A stretch of DNA of 64,000 nucleotides, from NCBI GenBank assembly GCA_020891255.1, contig BQFW01000002.1:1550001-1614000 (forward strand). Reading direction: 5' to 3'. How positions within the stretch are numbered: the stretch's first letter is position 1; the number at the start of each line of letters is the position of its first letter. The position numbers and the translations under genes are program-made. Below are positions 11,464 through 23,345 of this stretch, piece by piece. This DNA comes from Entomortierella parvispora E1425 (lineage: Eukaryota; Fungi; Mortierellomycota). The notes beneath the pieces were generated by a model, which searched no databases, was not told where the DNA came from, and saw only the letters and a program-made list of their open reading frames with translations.

Positions 11464-14400
11464 TTACAAATCGTCCTCACTATCAGAAACTTCTTCGCCT
11501 CGCTTTTTGGCAGCTGCTCTCTTCTTTTGCTTGTCCTTGAGCTCCTTTCGAGACAGCTTACGTGTCGATTTGACCTTTTCAATGTTACCAAACGCGTCAA
11601 TCTTGGTCTCAGCCTCCTGTTGCACAATCTTGCTCTCGGCACGTTGAGTATAGTTGTTGCCAGTGACCTCAAGCTCTCCTGCATTGATGGACCACTTCTC
11701 GGAGCAGATAGCCTCGGTAAAGTCACGATGATGGGAGATAATGACTACTCCGCCACCGAACTCATTCAAGGCCTCGGTCAGGGCACCAAGTGAATCGCGG
11801 TCCAAGTAGTTGGTGGGCTCATCCAATACCAAAATGTGGGGATTGAGCCACATGGCAGCAGCGAGCACAACCTTGACCTTTTGACCACCAGAAAGACCTT
11901 TGATGTGGTTATGGGTAGCGAACTCAGCTGGGAGACCCAAGTCACCCAAATGCTTCTCGACCTCAACAGCCGTCAGCGAGCGCGTCCATGCTCCTGCGCG
12001 AGCGGCCTCCTTATCATCAAAAGCCTGGACCAGCTTGTCAAAACCCCACTCTTCGAGCTTCTCACGAGAGATCCATGCATTGTCATCAAAGTTGCGGCCA
12101 ACCCACTGAATCTCATATTCAAAGGAGCGCTTCGCCTTTCGTCGTCCATAGATATCTTCGATTTGAAGCTTCTCCATCTTGCCGTTGATTTCCCACTGGA
12201 TGAGCTTCTTCATCTGAGCCTCCTCCTCTGGGGTCACCTTGCGAGAGGCCTTGCTAGCAAGTTCGCGATCTTCGCCGTATTGATAGCGCCATCGAATGTA
12301 CTCGTTGGGAGTCTTGGTCAGGTGCTGCTCAACGTGATGGAAGGCATGCTGAGCAACGTAGGCGACACGAAGGTTGGGGTGCTTGATAACTTCTCCCACT
12401 TGTGGAATGGTCTCTCCAGTCAAGACTTTGATTAGGGTCGACTTTCCTGCTCCATTGGGGCCAACAACAGCAACACGAGAGTTGAGAGAAACCTGGGCCG
12501 ACATATTCCTGATGGTGGGGACGGTGTTTCCAGGATAGGTGAATGAAATGTTCGCGAATCGAAGCAAGGACTTGTCCTTGGACTTGACACCATCCAAGAA
12601 GCCAGGCTCGGGGAGTCGGAAGGTGACCAAGGACGACTTGAGCTCATAGTAAGACTTGGCGTCGGGGTACTGTTCGACAAACTTGGACAAGTTGCCACGG
12701 TACTTCTTCAGCTTGCGACTCTCGTAGTGGATGATTCCGGTGCACACAGTATCCAAAAAGCTGGAATCGTGCGAAACAATCATCGAGGTCACGTTCGTGA
12801 GGCTTGTCAGGTAGTTCTCGAGCCAGGCCACGTTGTTGACGTCCAAGTGGTTTGTTGGTTCATCCAACAACAGGATGTCGGCGTTCATCAACATGGCACG
12901 AGCTAGTTCAAGCTTCATCTTCCATCCACCAGATAGAGAGCCAACAGCTTGCTGCTGCATCCCGGGGGTGAAGCCAACACTGGCAAGCTTCTCAACAACC
13001 TCCTCGTGAGGAATGTTGCCAAGTTTGGGATCAGCAAACATAAACTGGACCACGGGAAGATCTGCGTCCTCCGCCTGGAGATTGTGCTCAACAAAGACTG
13101 TGCGAAGTTCGTCCGCTGGGGGGAATCCTTCGAGCTGACCATCTGCAATGGCGCGCATAAGAGTAGACTTTCCGACACCATTGGGGCCACAGAGACCATA
13201 TCGTTGGCCACGTCGGAGGTTGAGGCGGGTTTTGTTCAGCAAGATCATTCCACCGTAGGCAAGGGAGAATTCGCAGTCGCAGAGCAACTCGCCCTCCTCG
13301 ACATCGGCCACAGCTGCAATGGCACTCGTGTTCTTGGCATCAAAGTCGACATAAAACTTGTGCACAGCGGCGAAGACGCGCTTGGCTTCGTCCTTAGGAA
13401 CAAAGGTCAGAAGGTAAGGAGTAATGGAAGCATCCCAGGCATCCGCCTCGAAATCACGACTGGTAATCAACTCGGAGCAAAGTGTGGCGCTGTAGCTCAA
13501 ACTGGTACGCACAAATTCGTCCGCCTTGATGCTGGCGCCCAAGGTCTTGTTCAGAGTCTCCAGAACTTCTACAGGCTTAACCTCGTACGCAATATTGATC
13601 GTACTCTCTTCCTGGGCTTTCTCGCCTCCACCCACGCGGACCAAGGTGGAGCGTGCGCGCTCGGCAACGGAGCGAAGCTCAGGGGATGCACCAATCTCGA
13701 TCATACGGTCCAAACCAGGCAACAGCTTTGGCAGGAATTGTTGAGCATGAGCAGGGTTCTCGACCAGCTTACACATATTATCAATAATGACGGCTGTCTG
13801 GCGCTGGATGGCAGGCGATCGCTCAGCCAGGCCACGGATCAAGAGGGGGTTCATAATAGCCAGCGTTGGGGCTTCAACAGTGGTGACAAAGGTGGTAGAG
13901 GCCAGCTGGTGAATACACTCGGGCGCCTCCTCGGGACGGTTAATACAACCAACCAAATAAGGGATGGACGAGATCAAATCGGGGTTGCCAACGACATCGA
14001 AGCAGGCGGTGGTTGTCTTGGTTGCCTCAACTCGCACCTGCGCATGGGTGGGCGTGTAAAAATAAACAGTAAACAGTGAGGTCAGTCCATGCGCGCCATC
14101 GTCGTCATTGTCATTGACATCGTTACTGTCACTCAACACCAAAAAATAAAGCAAAGCCCTTACCTCTGGGCGGGTGGACCACATACTCGCACTCAGGACA
14201 GGCACAATCTCGTCAAGACACTTGCTGATTTGCTGTTGGAGAAATCAGTGAGTGCAGTCTGTTAGTAACCTCCTCTTTCTCGCTAGTTCTCGTGCACTGT
14301 TCCAGGCGTACCTTGGGGGAAGTCTTGGAGAGACCGGTAAGAAGCTGGAGGCTTCCGCACTGAGACTGCCAGCGACCGTTCTCGATAGAGTCAAAGAGCA

Positions 14401-14812
14401 CAGGCAGCAAGAGCTTGACAGCATAGCGAGAGGGGAGCGCCATGATGGCCTTGCTTGCCTCGTCCGCAGCATCACGGACTGAGACGACTTTGTCTGCGTA
14501 TCCGTCCAGAACTTTGGGGACAAGTGGGATGAGGTAAGGCTCGCCAGCTTGGCCAACAGTCTTGCTCACAGCAGCAAGGATGAGGTAGGCTGCTTCCCGG
14601 AAAGCGGCCTGCTTCTTGTTCTCGAGAAGGGCAGTCAGGGTCTTGATGAGCTGCGCTTCGTTGAAGGCTGCAACAAGTCCGAGGCTCTTGACCTCGTCTG
14701 CAACCTTTGCAGCCTTTGCCCTTCTAGACTCGGGTGAGGTGTGGTCCTGTGTGCTTTTGATAAGCTCGTTCAAGGTCTTGGTGTGAGCACCGTGGATGGT
14801 TGACATGGCCAT
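11464..14812 (-). CDS. YEF3: Fungal translation elongation factor 3 (HEAT repeats plus two ABC domains with a chromodomain insertion)
   Basis: GPNGVGKST and GPNGAGKST Walker A motifs, LSGGWKMK and LSGGQKVK signatures, LLLDEPTNHLD, basic/acidic C-tail KKRGEEVSDSEDDL. N-terminal exon in ORF 14213-14812. Confidence 0.95.
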
Positions 14813-16462
14813 TATTGCTTTTACTTTTTTTTTTTTTTTTTAGTTCGGGGTTTCGATAGGGAAGAGAAACGCCAAAAACAACTTCAGGCGTTTGGAAAGA
14901 TGTGTGGAATGGGTGAATGAAGCGGAATGAGGAGAAATGAGGGAGAGAGAGAGGTTGGTTCTTTGGCTCACGAACGACTTTGAGTCAAAGGTGGAAGGAG
15001 AGGAGGGCGTTTAGTGTGAAGAGAGAAGGGTGGGGAGAAGGAAAGAAAAGGCATAAGAGAGGCGCCATTCATCTTTTTATATTGGCATGTCCACCTTTTG
15101 GACCTGTGGACATGACCAGAGCATGGACCACTCGCTGGCCGCTGTCTGACCGTCCTTGTTTACTGCTATCCACTGTGTTGTTGTGCATCATTCCCATCGT
15201 CACCCTCGTCACTCCTCCCGCGGGCGATCCCGCCACTTGCATCCTTATTGCCACAGATGACAGCAAGATAAGTCCAGGGTCGTCCATGGCTTTATCATAC
15301 TGGCGCTTTAAAACGGCAGAGTGTCGCGAGGAAGCAAGACACAGGGAGACAGACGGCAAAAAAATGACAGTGAGCAGCTTCTTCTCTCCTGTTGATGCCG
15401 CTCCTTCCCCCGTTTCGACTCGATGCAAAGGCCCATACCAATCATGGCCCGCCGTGGATGAATCTGAATAGAAGGATGACAAAACAAAAGGGCACCCTTT
15501 CCAATCGTCCTTTGTTATTCTTGTCCACCAAACAGAACAAAAACAACAGCAGCCCCCCCCCCCTTCTCCCTCTTTCTCTTTATCTCGATGCCACCTTTGT
15601 CCTTCGTCCCCTGATCCCCTGGACTCTGTTTTCTCTTTTCTTGGACCCCATGTGTTCCTGCCCGTGAGTGCATATCTGATATTTATGTTTCTCCCGAGGG
15701 ACGCCTGTTGTTTTGTCGTATCTCGCAGTTGCTACGCCTCGTTGTCATCTCTGTCCATCATCCCTTGCACTGTTGCTCCAGCCTTGTCGAGTCCAAAGGT
15801 CCAGCTCGTTTATCGAAAAAAAGTACAGGAGAAAAAGGGGGTTATCTCTGCGCTGTTCTCAGCACCTTTATCGTAATAACTGTACCCAAAAACAAAAAAC
15901 AAAAAGATATGCAAGCCAACCACTTTCGGGAAACACACAGGATCCAATTTCGCCCTTGCATGTTGGTCGTCCCATTGTTTCAACCTTTTACTTGCCATGA
16001 GTGTGAAATGAAGAAAAGTAAATGGGAAAGAGAAGTCTGAGTGGGGAAATACCGAAACACACACTGTGCGCGAGTTCTGTCTGCGCCAAGGTCAATGATA
16101 AATGTGAAATTGAGATGTAAGGAAGAGAGAAAGAAATGATGGCTGTAGATCAGGTCGAGTTGGCTGAGTAAAATGTTGCCATACTGTAGTAATTGCGAAC
16201 TGGGAGATGTAAATGTGTCATGCGTGGTTGGCGAAACAGAATTGAGACCATGGCGCACAATTGCTGTTTTGAGATTCCTGCTGTAGTGTGTCCATTGGCA
16301 ATGAAGCGCCAAAGGAAGAGTAAAGAAAGTAAAGAGGCGCAGAAGAGGTTTTAATGGTGGGTTTTTATAGGTAGGAAACTGCGACCCAAATATATGTCTA
16401 CAACTCGGCGCCCGCTACAAACACATTTAAAGTAACATCTGTTCTCATCTACGATTTCTACA

Positions 16463-16776
16463 CCGATGAGCATCGACAATATAGAACTCTCACCCCTTCA
16501 CACAGGTTCGCCTACCTTTCTGCTATTGAGAAAGTACTCAGTCTGCAAGGACATCGGTTATCGGTTGCTACGCGTCAATGCATCACTAGGAAACACGGGT
16601 TCAACTCCTTGTCCGCTTCCCAGATAAATTGGATCCCCGAACAAACCGAGCTCTTGCATCCGCGCACGTCCCACGGAGAGAGCAGTGGCCAGAGCCTCCG
16701 AACATGTGCTTGCGCGACAGGACTCCAAGGACTCGAAATCTGGTCAAGGAGTGAAAACCACCCTCATCGGACTTTT
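16463..16776 (+). ncRNA. Candidate ~310-nt structured Pol III-type ncRNA, family unassigned
   Basis: Terminal 8-bp helix CCGATGAG (16463-70) / CTCATCGG (16763-70) followed by TTTT. UUCG hairpin at 16504-13, B-box GGTTCAACTCC at 16598-608, upstream TTTAAA at 16426-31. No credible ORF. Confidence 0.5.
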
Positions 16777-17128
16777 AAAAAGAAACGAAAGGGGATGAAA
16801 GAGAGGAAGAAAAAAAGAGTTCAGGAACAAAGAGACGCGCAAATGCGACCACAGATCCGAACATGCCTTGGGGGCCTTGTACTTTTGAAGATCGCATTGT
16901 GCCCCCTTGAGGGAACCTCCCTTTCTCCCTTCCTCTGTCACCCATCTCTCTCTCCTCGCTTCAATTTTACTTCCCTGGGCCATGGAGTGGTCCGTGGAAT
17001 CAAGGGCACTCATTTCGTCATTTCCGACAAGTTCCCGCGCAACCACACTCAAAAAGCCACTCTACTACTGTCCGATCCTGTTCCTGAAAAAAACGACATT
17101 TTTATTCATGAATTCTCATGAGTATTGT

Positions 17129-18821
17129 TTAAGCATGACCGGATGCCGTGTTCTGTTCCTCCTCCGCCTTCTCTTGACCAATCATTTTCATGAACCGGTT
17201 GAGTTCCTCTTGTGGCATAGGGTAGCAGTGCTCGGCCGCAGGGAACGCGCCAGACTTGACATCAGCACTGTACTCCTTCAAAGCGCCAACAATTTCATCA
17301 GCGAGGCTACGGTAGGTCTTGCAGAAGCGAGGGACGCGACCGTAGAGGCCGAGCATGTCTTGCTGAACAAGAACTTGACCAGAGCATCCGGCGCCAGCGC
17401 CAATACCGATTGTGGGGATGTTCAAGACGTCAGTGATATGTCTTGCGACAGGTTCGGGAACAGCCTCGAGAACAATGGCGTAGCAGCCAGCTTGTTGGAG
17501 CGCAAGGGCGTCCTCAATCATGGCCTTAGCTTTGGCTACAGTTTTACCCTGGACTTTATAGCCACCCAAGCTAGCCTGACGCTGAGGCGTGAGACCAATA
17601 TGTCCGAGGACAGGGATTCCAACTTGAGTAAGGCGAGCGATGGTAGGAGCCATCTCCTTGCCTCCCTCCAACTTAATAGCTTCGGCCTTGCCTTCCTTTA
17701 GCATTCTGACAGCATTGTTAACGGCCTGGTCAGGATTAGTCTCGTAGGTGCCAAAGGGCATGTCAACGACCAAGAAGCTAGACCGCGTGCCTCGAGCCAC
17801 GGCTCTACAATGGTGCAGCATCTCGTCAATGGTAATCTCGGAGGTCGAGGTGTAGCCCAAGGCGACCATAGCCAAAGAATCACCGACTAATGTCATATCA
17901 ATACCGGCCTTGTCAACCAATGTGCCCGTGGGGAAGTCGTGAGCAGTCATGACCGTGATGGGCTCGCGGCGCTTGTACAGCTTGCGGAGAGTTGCCAAAG
18001 TTACCTTGGACCGAACTAAACAAAAGTGAAGATGGGTGCAACTGTTAATACAACTGGTAGGGACGTTGCGTCCACAAGTAAGACAGGGATGGATAAGAAG
18101 AGATAAAGACAGCGGCTACAGAGCCGCTGAAAGATTAGTAGGCTCAACGACCCTGTCGGGCCACACTTTGGTTTGTGACACCATGTGGGAATGAAACAGT
18201 GCGTGGAAGGAACATAGTTCTTTGTGCCTGTTGGAAACTTTGACCGTTGGAGCAAAAGAAATAGGCTCGCGAAGCATGCGGCACACAATGACCAGTGAGC
18301 ATGGTTCGCACCAGAGATTGTGCAGGTGGAGGGGACAGGGAGGTGATGAGACAGCTGCGTATGAGGTGACGATATTAGTCAACCATGGCAGTGCCAGCAA
18401 TGACACAAATGACAACGCGCGCGGCAGAAACAGATAACTCAAAAGAAACTGTGGTTGCGCCCCCTCCACATGGCAAAAAAAAAAAAAAAAAAAAAAAAAA
18501 AAGCGAGGGGAAAGGAACGATGTGCGACTCATGTCAACAAAAATGCCACCCCCACCGCACTATCTCCAAAGGAAAAAAAAAATTAATTTCCCCTCTGTCC
18601 GTTTTTGGCTTACCGTGATGAACATGATCGGCCTCGGCTGGGCGGGAGCTGTAGCTGCGCATGTCAGAGGACATGGCCCACTGCTGCACTGCTGGGCTGC
18701 TTGCACGCATCACCGCGAGGGTCGGGCGTTGGAGGACTGTCCGCAGGGGCTGGAGAGTGATCAGGCCAGATCGGGCCATCCGTGAGCGCACTTGGACGGC
18801 AATTCTTGCAGAGACTGACAT
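17129..18821 (-). CDS. ECM31: 3-methyl-2-oxobutanoate hydroxymethyltransferase (PanB/ECM31), with mitochondrial presequence
   Basis: ITVMTAHD, LVGDSLAM, VDMPFGTY, IKLEGG and GHIGLTPQ motifs. Exon 1 (18821-18615, Arg/Ser-rich presequence) joins in frame across a ~600-nt intron. Confidence 0.93.
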
Positions 18822-19509
18822 GACTTGTAGTTTTCTTGGGGGAGAGAGGAGAATGCAGGACAAGCTGGCTAGAGGGGAGAGGGAGAAGTGTGAAGCAAAA
18901 GAGAGTGAAGAGTATGTGTGTGTGAGAGAGAAGAAAGCAAGAAAAAAGAGAAGGCAGACAAGACCCGCAAAGTGTCTTCTTTATATAGTGTAAAAGTTCG
19001 GCTTCCGGATGGGAAGGACGATGGCGAGACCGAGAAGGTCAAAGTACCAGAGAGATCAATCGCAAGACGAGCGGTGGTGCCAAGTCAAGCCGAGGCAGAT
19101 GAAGGAAGGAGGAGTAAGTGCCGTGTGGGCTGATGTCGGCCAGCCATGGCCTGACATTCGACCGACGTTGTCTGAGTCGAGTCTCCCACACTTCTCCAAG
19201 GTCTTTCGCCCGACTGGCTCGCTGCAGTGTCTCTCTCGCGGGCCCAAAAAAAAAAAAAAAAAAAAAAAAGAGCACGTGACTTACAGTAGGTCGAATATGA
19301 ACACGTGACAACAAAACAGCCCAGCGCATGATGTTCATCTCATCTGGCATTCGGTCCCCACTCTCCTCTGCCTTCATATTGCCCTCCCTTTATTCCTTTC
19401 AAGCCTCTCTCCACTTTGTATATTTATACCTCCTTCTTCAAAACCACAATCTCTCCCAGCACACTGAAGCAGAACATCAAGGCAGCCTTTGGATAGACAA
19501 GCGCCTAGC

Positions 19510-21221
19510 ATGATGGATGAACCACCAAAGCACAGGCCACCAAGTAGGTCTTGCTCCTCGTGAGAGGCACTGACTAAAGTCCCCACAAGTGCGACTCTAA
19601 CTCTCCAATCTATCCCTAGACACCTCTTTCAAGCAGCAGCGTTTGAAGGCATGGCAGCCAATCCTCACTGCAAAGTCTGTCTTGCCAACTTTTTTCATCA
19701 TTGGAATCCTCTTTGCACCCCTTGGCGGCTTGCTGGTTTGGAAGGATGGAATGGTAAAGAGTCGCGTGCTCGGCCACACCAATGCACTGTCTAGACTGCT
19801 GGCATGAGGCGTACCTCCAGAATCTGGAAGAAGACTGTTGGCATCAATGTTCTGTTTCTAATTATAGAGCCCTTTATAGGTCACAGAGCTGTCGTTTGAC
19901 TACACAGCCTGCTCGTCCGTAACAACCCCGACAGTTATTCCCGGTGTATCATGGGCTCATCCCTCTTCCGTGGGTGATTTCGACCCTCCTACTTACGTGA
20001 ATGCGACAGGCCCAGTGACCATCACAGTACAAGGCCAAGTCAACCCAGCAAATATACATACGTATCAAGTTGGGAGATGCAACATTCAACTCACGTTCCC
20101 TGTCGATCTGCAACCACCAGTCATGATGTATTACAAGCTCACCAACTTCTACCAGAACCATCGCAAATATACCAAAAGTCTGGACTACAAGCAGTTGGGA
20201 GGAGAGGCGAGCTCAAAGGAATCTATCATCAGCAGGAAAGGATGCACAATCAACCCTGCAGATCCACTTGTTTATCCTTGCGGCCTGATCGCCAACTCCA
20301 TGTTCAACGGTGAGGGATCCACGCCACTAATCAAGTACTGCAGTTTTACCCACCTATCTCTATTACTCATTTCCCCTATTTTCTTATCTGTAGACACCAT
20401 CAGTGGTCTGACAGCAGTGCCCACACCAGGAACAGAAGCCCCTGCTACAGGAGAAAACTATACCTTTGCAGACACTGGGATCGCCTGGTCGACTGACCGA
20501 ACGAAATATGGCAACTATGGATACACGAATTTGAGTGCCATTGTCCCACCTCCTAATTGGAGCATTCGTTACCCTAGTGACACCTATTCTGCGGATTTCC
20601 CACCCCCCAAAATTACTGAGGATGAGCACTTTCAGGTCTGGATGAGGACAGCTGGTTGGCCCACGTTCTTGAAGGCTTATGGCCGTAATGACAACACAGT
20701 CCTGAAGAAGGGTACTTACCAGATGACCATCGATATGAGTAAGTATCGTAAAAAAATGGAGAGAACCCCTGTTGTTTATGACAACTACAAGCTGAATACA
20801 GTTGCTGATTATATCATCTTTTTCGTGCTTGCTTCTCGTCACGTATAGACTTTCCGATTGACACATACGGAGGAAAAAAGTACATTGTCTTTAGCACACT
20901 TGGAGCCACTGGCGGTCGCAACAACGTTTTAGGAATTGGGTATATTATTGCCGCGGTTTTGAGTGCTGCACTGGGCATCATTTTTACTGCTTTCCACATC
21001 GTCCGTCCTCGGTATGTATCAGCGTGTTCAGATATAGTTGGTGATCTTGTTTGCAATGGCTCTAACGCACCTCTTTACCTTTTCACTCAATACAAAACAG
21101 AGTCATTGGCGATCACTCAAAGATCTCGTTCGGAGGCGAGGCGACTGTTCATACGCGGTCGGCAAACAGAGCTGATGATGTTGGAGGCAACCGCATCCGT
21201 TCTCGCTACGAAGATGACTAA
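19510..21221 (+). CDS. CDC50: CDC50/LEM3-family P4-ATPase (flippase) beta subunit, multi-exon
   Basis: [50 protein letters not shown] and [11 protein letters not shown] motifs. Confidence 0.9.
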
Positions 21222-21411
21222 AGCGCGATAGATATCACCAAGGAAACGTACGTGCAAGCAAAATAGCTTGATTAAATTTTAGTCCAATATTTTTTTTAAA
21301 AAAGAAAGAAATATACGTGGTATAAGCCACCCGGTGTTTCCCCTGTGAGGCTGTGACTTTCTGCATCCTGATCAGCAATTCCGTCCCCCACAACAAGGAA
21401 GACGACAACCA

Positions 21412-23238
21412 ATGTTTAGAATCAATACCGTTGCGCGAGCCATTCGAGGCTTTCATTCCACTGCTACCAAAATGCACGACGCCGCTGTGTTGGGCCTCCA
21501 TGCCGACGGCCAGTTACTGGTCCCGAATTCGATTGCCGCCAATGGAAAAGAGAATCTCACCAACCTGATCAAGGCGGCCGGAAGCAAAGGCAAAACTGGC
21601 GAGAGCCATGTCTTTTATGGCGACTTTGGTCTTGGATCCGATATTCAAAAGGTTGCAGTTGTGGGCCTGGGACAACAGGGCACCAGTGCTGCTGCCAAGG
21701 ATAGAATCCGTATGGCTGTAAGTCCCGGTTTTATATCAGATATCATATGAATCTCTCGTAGTCATTGTTGTCGAGAGGTTATTGACCCGGGAGTGATCAA
21801 TTCCTTTCTAGGTGGCCGCAGGCGTGAAGGCTTTGAAGGCGCAGGAAGCCAAGGATATTGGAATTGCCAACATGGGACACGACCAGGCCGCTGCCGAGGG
21901 AGCCTCTTTGGGCTTGTACAACTTCAACATGTTCAAGTCCGGAAAGAAGGGAGCCCAGAACGAGACCAAGATCTCGGCTTTGGAAACCTCTGCTACCGAA
22001 AAGAGGTCCCCTGATGAGGTCAAGGCATTTGAGCACGGGTTGATTCAAGCCCAGGCTCAGAACCTGGCCAGGATTCTGATGGAAACCCCCAGCAACCACA
22101 TGACGCCTACTTTGTTTGTGGAGCGATTTTTGAAGGAGGTCGAAAGTCTCGGCCTGGATGAATCCAAACTCAAGGTTATTGTTCGGGATCAGTCATGGGC
22201 CGAGCAGATGAAGATGGGAGCTTTCTTGAGCGTCTCCAAGGGAAGTGATGAGCCCTTGAAGTTCTTGGAGGTTCAGTACAACGGCGGCAAGGCTGGTGAC
22301 AGACCATTGGCGCTCGTTGGCAAGGGTGTGACCTTTGACTCGTAAGTGGTTCTATTCTTGAGTCATTCAGATGTGTAGCTGAGATGTTGATGAAGAAAAG
22401 AGCAGAATCTAACACACCTTTGTCTTTGCACTTCCAATTCCACCATAGTGGCGGAATCTCCATCAAGCCCTCGCAGAACATGGGCATGATGAAGGGCGAT
22501 ATGGGAGGTGCTGCCACTGTCGCCTCAGCCATGTGGGGTATTGCTGCCTTGAACCTTCCTTTGAACGTGGTGGCCGGTATTCCTTTGTGTGAGAACATGC
22601 CCTCGGGCCGTGCCAGCAAGCCTGGCGATGTGGTCACGTCCATGTCTGGAAAGACGATTGAGGTTGATAACACAGATGCAGAGGGTCGTTTGATTTTGGC
22701 CGATGCCTTGACCTATATCTCCAAGACTCACCAGCCCCATACCTTGATTGACTTGGCGACTTTGACCGGCGCCATGGATGTGGCTTTGGGTGGTGCTTAC
22801 GCTGGAGTCTTCTCGACCAGTGATTCTCTTTGGTCCGAGCTGGACCAAGCTGGTGAGGAAGCCCACGAGGCCTTCTGGAGGATGCCTCTCCACAGCGTCT
22901 ACCTGTCCCAGATCACCACCAACACCGTCGCTGATCTGATCAACACCGGAGGAAGAAGCGCCGGAAGCTGTACTGCTGCTATCTTCTTGCGCGAGTTTGT
23001 CCATGGCATTGAGCGTGATGATGGATTTGCCCAAAGGGAGGGTGAGCCTAGCACCGAGGTGGGTACGCTCCTCCAGAACCCCGAAGGATTGAAGGCTGGT
23101 AGTGTTCGCTACGCTCATATCGATATTGCAGGAGTAATGGATACCACAAGCACCAACGGATACTACGCCAAGGGCATGACCGGTCGCCCTGCCCGAGCCT
23201 TGATTGAGTTTGCCAAGAAGTTTCCTTCCTCAAAATAG
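21412..23238 (+). CDS. M17 leucine aminopeptidase with probable mitochondrial presequence; 3 exons
   Basis: LVGKGVTFDSGG, MKGDMGGAA, NTDAEGRL, DLATLTGA and AHIDIAG motifs. Confidence 0.93.
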
Positions 23239-23345
23239 ATAGAGAGGTTCTGAAAAGACAGCAAGGTCAACTTACATGCAATAAGAAGAGAAGGTGAAAA
23301 AAAAAGAAGGAAAAAAAGCTATTATTATTGTAAATGGTGCATACT

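Noticed and set aside
14980-16312. Cluster of 70-160 aa ORFs on both strands upstream of YEF3 (also at 27142-29000)
   Set aside because: Low-complexity promoter or UTR sequence with poly-A/T and CT tracts, with no protein-like motifs.
16548-16615. tRNA gene suggested by GGTTCAACTCC and GGACA/TGTCC
   Set aside because: No D-arm or anticodon arm of correct geometry. Treated as part of the larger ncRNA candidate.
16666-16746. HDV-like ribozyme in the ncRNA candidate
   Set aside because: The pseudoknot order is similar, but L3 length, the P1.1 GG and the P1 start do not match the canonical fold.
18110-18129. 8-bp hairpin CAGCGGCT-ACAG-AGCCGCTG in the ECM31 intron
   Set aside because: About one such hairpin is expected by chance in 64 kb, and there is no other support.
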